From Octopus bimaculoides (taxonomy: Eukaryota): a stretch of DNA of 36,074 nucleotides. The notes beneath the pieces are model-generated. The model saw only the letters and a list, made by a program, of their open reading frames with translations, did not search any database and was not told where the DNA came from. Below, piece after piece: positions 35,135 to 36,074 of this stretch. Every line of letters starts with the position of its first letter. Position 1 is the stretch's first letter. The position numbers were made by a program, and so were the translations under genes. The stretch lies in contig NC_069001.1 of the NCBI RefSeq assembly GCF_001194135.2, forward strand, positions 21,155,553 through 21,191,626. Reading direction: 5' to 3'.

Positions 35135-35348
35135 TACGTGCTTATAGTTGCATCGACAGCAGATTGCATTCCCAGAATACCGAATGATACCCTTTAGTGA
35201 ACATATTGAGAAATGCGCAAAACAAATGCTACCACAATTTATAATCTTTCCATTCTATCAATGTGCCGTTGGAACACCAACACAAATTAGATTAAATAAA
35301 AAAACCTTCTTCATTCAAAAATATCAGCCCAAACTTAACCATTGCTAA
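35135..35348 (+). mobile_element. PLE GIY-YIG endonuclease C-terminal fragment
   Basis: HRQQIAFPEYRMIPFSEHIEKC..FIIFPFY..RLNKKTFFIQKYQPKLN fits the PLE endonuclease end (R..KE..FI....P.LN, E lost). Confidence 0.7.
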
Positions 35349-35565
35349 CACTTTTAAATAAGGAAATTCACCTCACTGAGAGAAAAAAATATAGAACAAA
35401 ACCTAACATTCTATTCCTTCTAAACCAAACCATGGTAAATTAATCAAAATCTATCACCTCCTACATTTCGATTATCTCCTTTATACCGGAAGAAATCCCT
35501 GATTACCTCCCCCTATCTAGAACTCTTTTTTACACACTGGAGCGAAGACATGTTACGATACAGGT

Positions 35566-35606
35566 AGAGAAATTTGAAAGGACAACACGAAACCGGTTAT
35601 TTCTCT
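35566..35606 (+). ncRNA. Decayed minimal hammerhead in PLE 3' region
   Basis: AGAGAAAT-TTGAAAG-GACAACAC-GAAAC-CG-GTT-ATTTCTCT: perfect 8-bp stem I, palindromic ACCGGT, degenerate core and stem II. Confidence 0.55.
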
Positions 35607-36074
35607 AAATACAATGTTTATATACCCAAAATTTTTTAACATTTTTCTGACAGAACAATTTAAATATATACTTTAACCATGTAACACACGCCTTCTGAAG
35701 TTTTTTCACTCTTGTTTATCTTTTATACATCCAAACACGTGCTTTCACATACCAACTTTCTCATCTATATATATATCACGATGAGAGGGATAACTTCCCT
35801 TGGCAAAACAAACAGGACACAGTAGTGTGTCGATAAGCCAGCTGGAGGAGATGTACTCCTGGGGCTAAAGCAACAGTAACATCTACCCCTTGGGGTCAGC
35901 CACACTTAAGTGGCAATACACTTCACTTTATCGTGCAGTTACTGTTAACACTTCATTTAGAGAATTAACATTGCTTGTTTTCACTTTTTCGATATCAGTG
36001 AAGAATTTCACTGGAAAAATATACATAAGGTTGCCAAGAATTTATATCTCTCATCTAAGGTCGGTAGCTATCGG

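Overview
AT-rich, microsatellite-dense, gapped eukaryotic scaffold. It is not prokaryotic: there are no operons or CRISPR. The SINE families, tRNA-headed repeats and (CA)/(TA)/(AAT) load suggest an octopus or other cephalopod genome (inference from recognition, not searched). No intact host gene can be supported. The window is mostly decayed mobile DNA: Tigger/pogo and two Tc1 remnants, Tx1/L1 pieces, an RTE LINE, a Helitron Pif1 fragment, three tRNA-SINE families, a tRNA-Leu pseudogene, several long foldbacks and at least five Penelope-like element (PLE) remnants, two of them Naiad-type. The most notable unexplained structure is a cluster of five largely sequence-dissimilar type I hammerhead ribozyme folds between 26.4 and 35.6 kb, each in a PLE-type repeat context. 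One lies in a short element with a Pol III tRNA head, (AAT)n and a hammerhead; a second copy at 156-370 lacks precisely the ribozyme. The second notable structure is an ORF1(gag)-only Tx1 unit that carries the same 3' UTR motifs as the neighbouring ORF2. All folds and alignments were done by eye.
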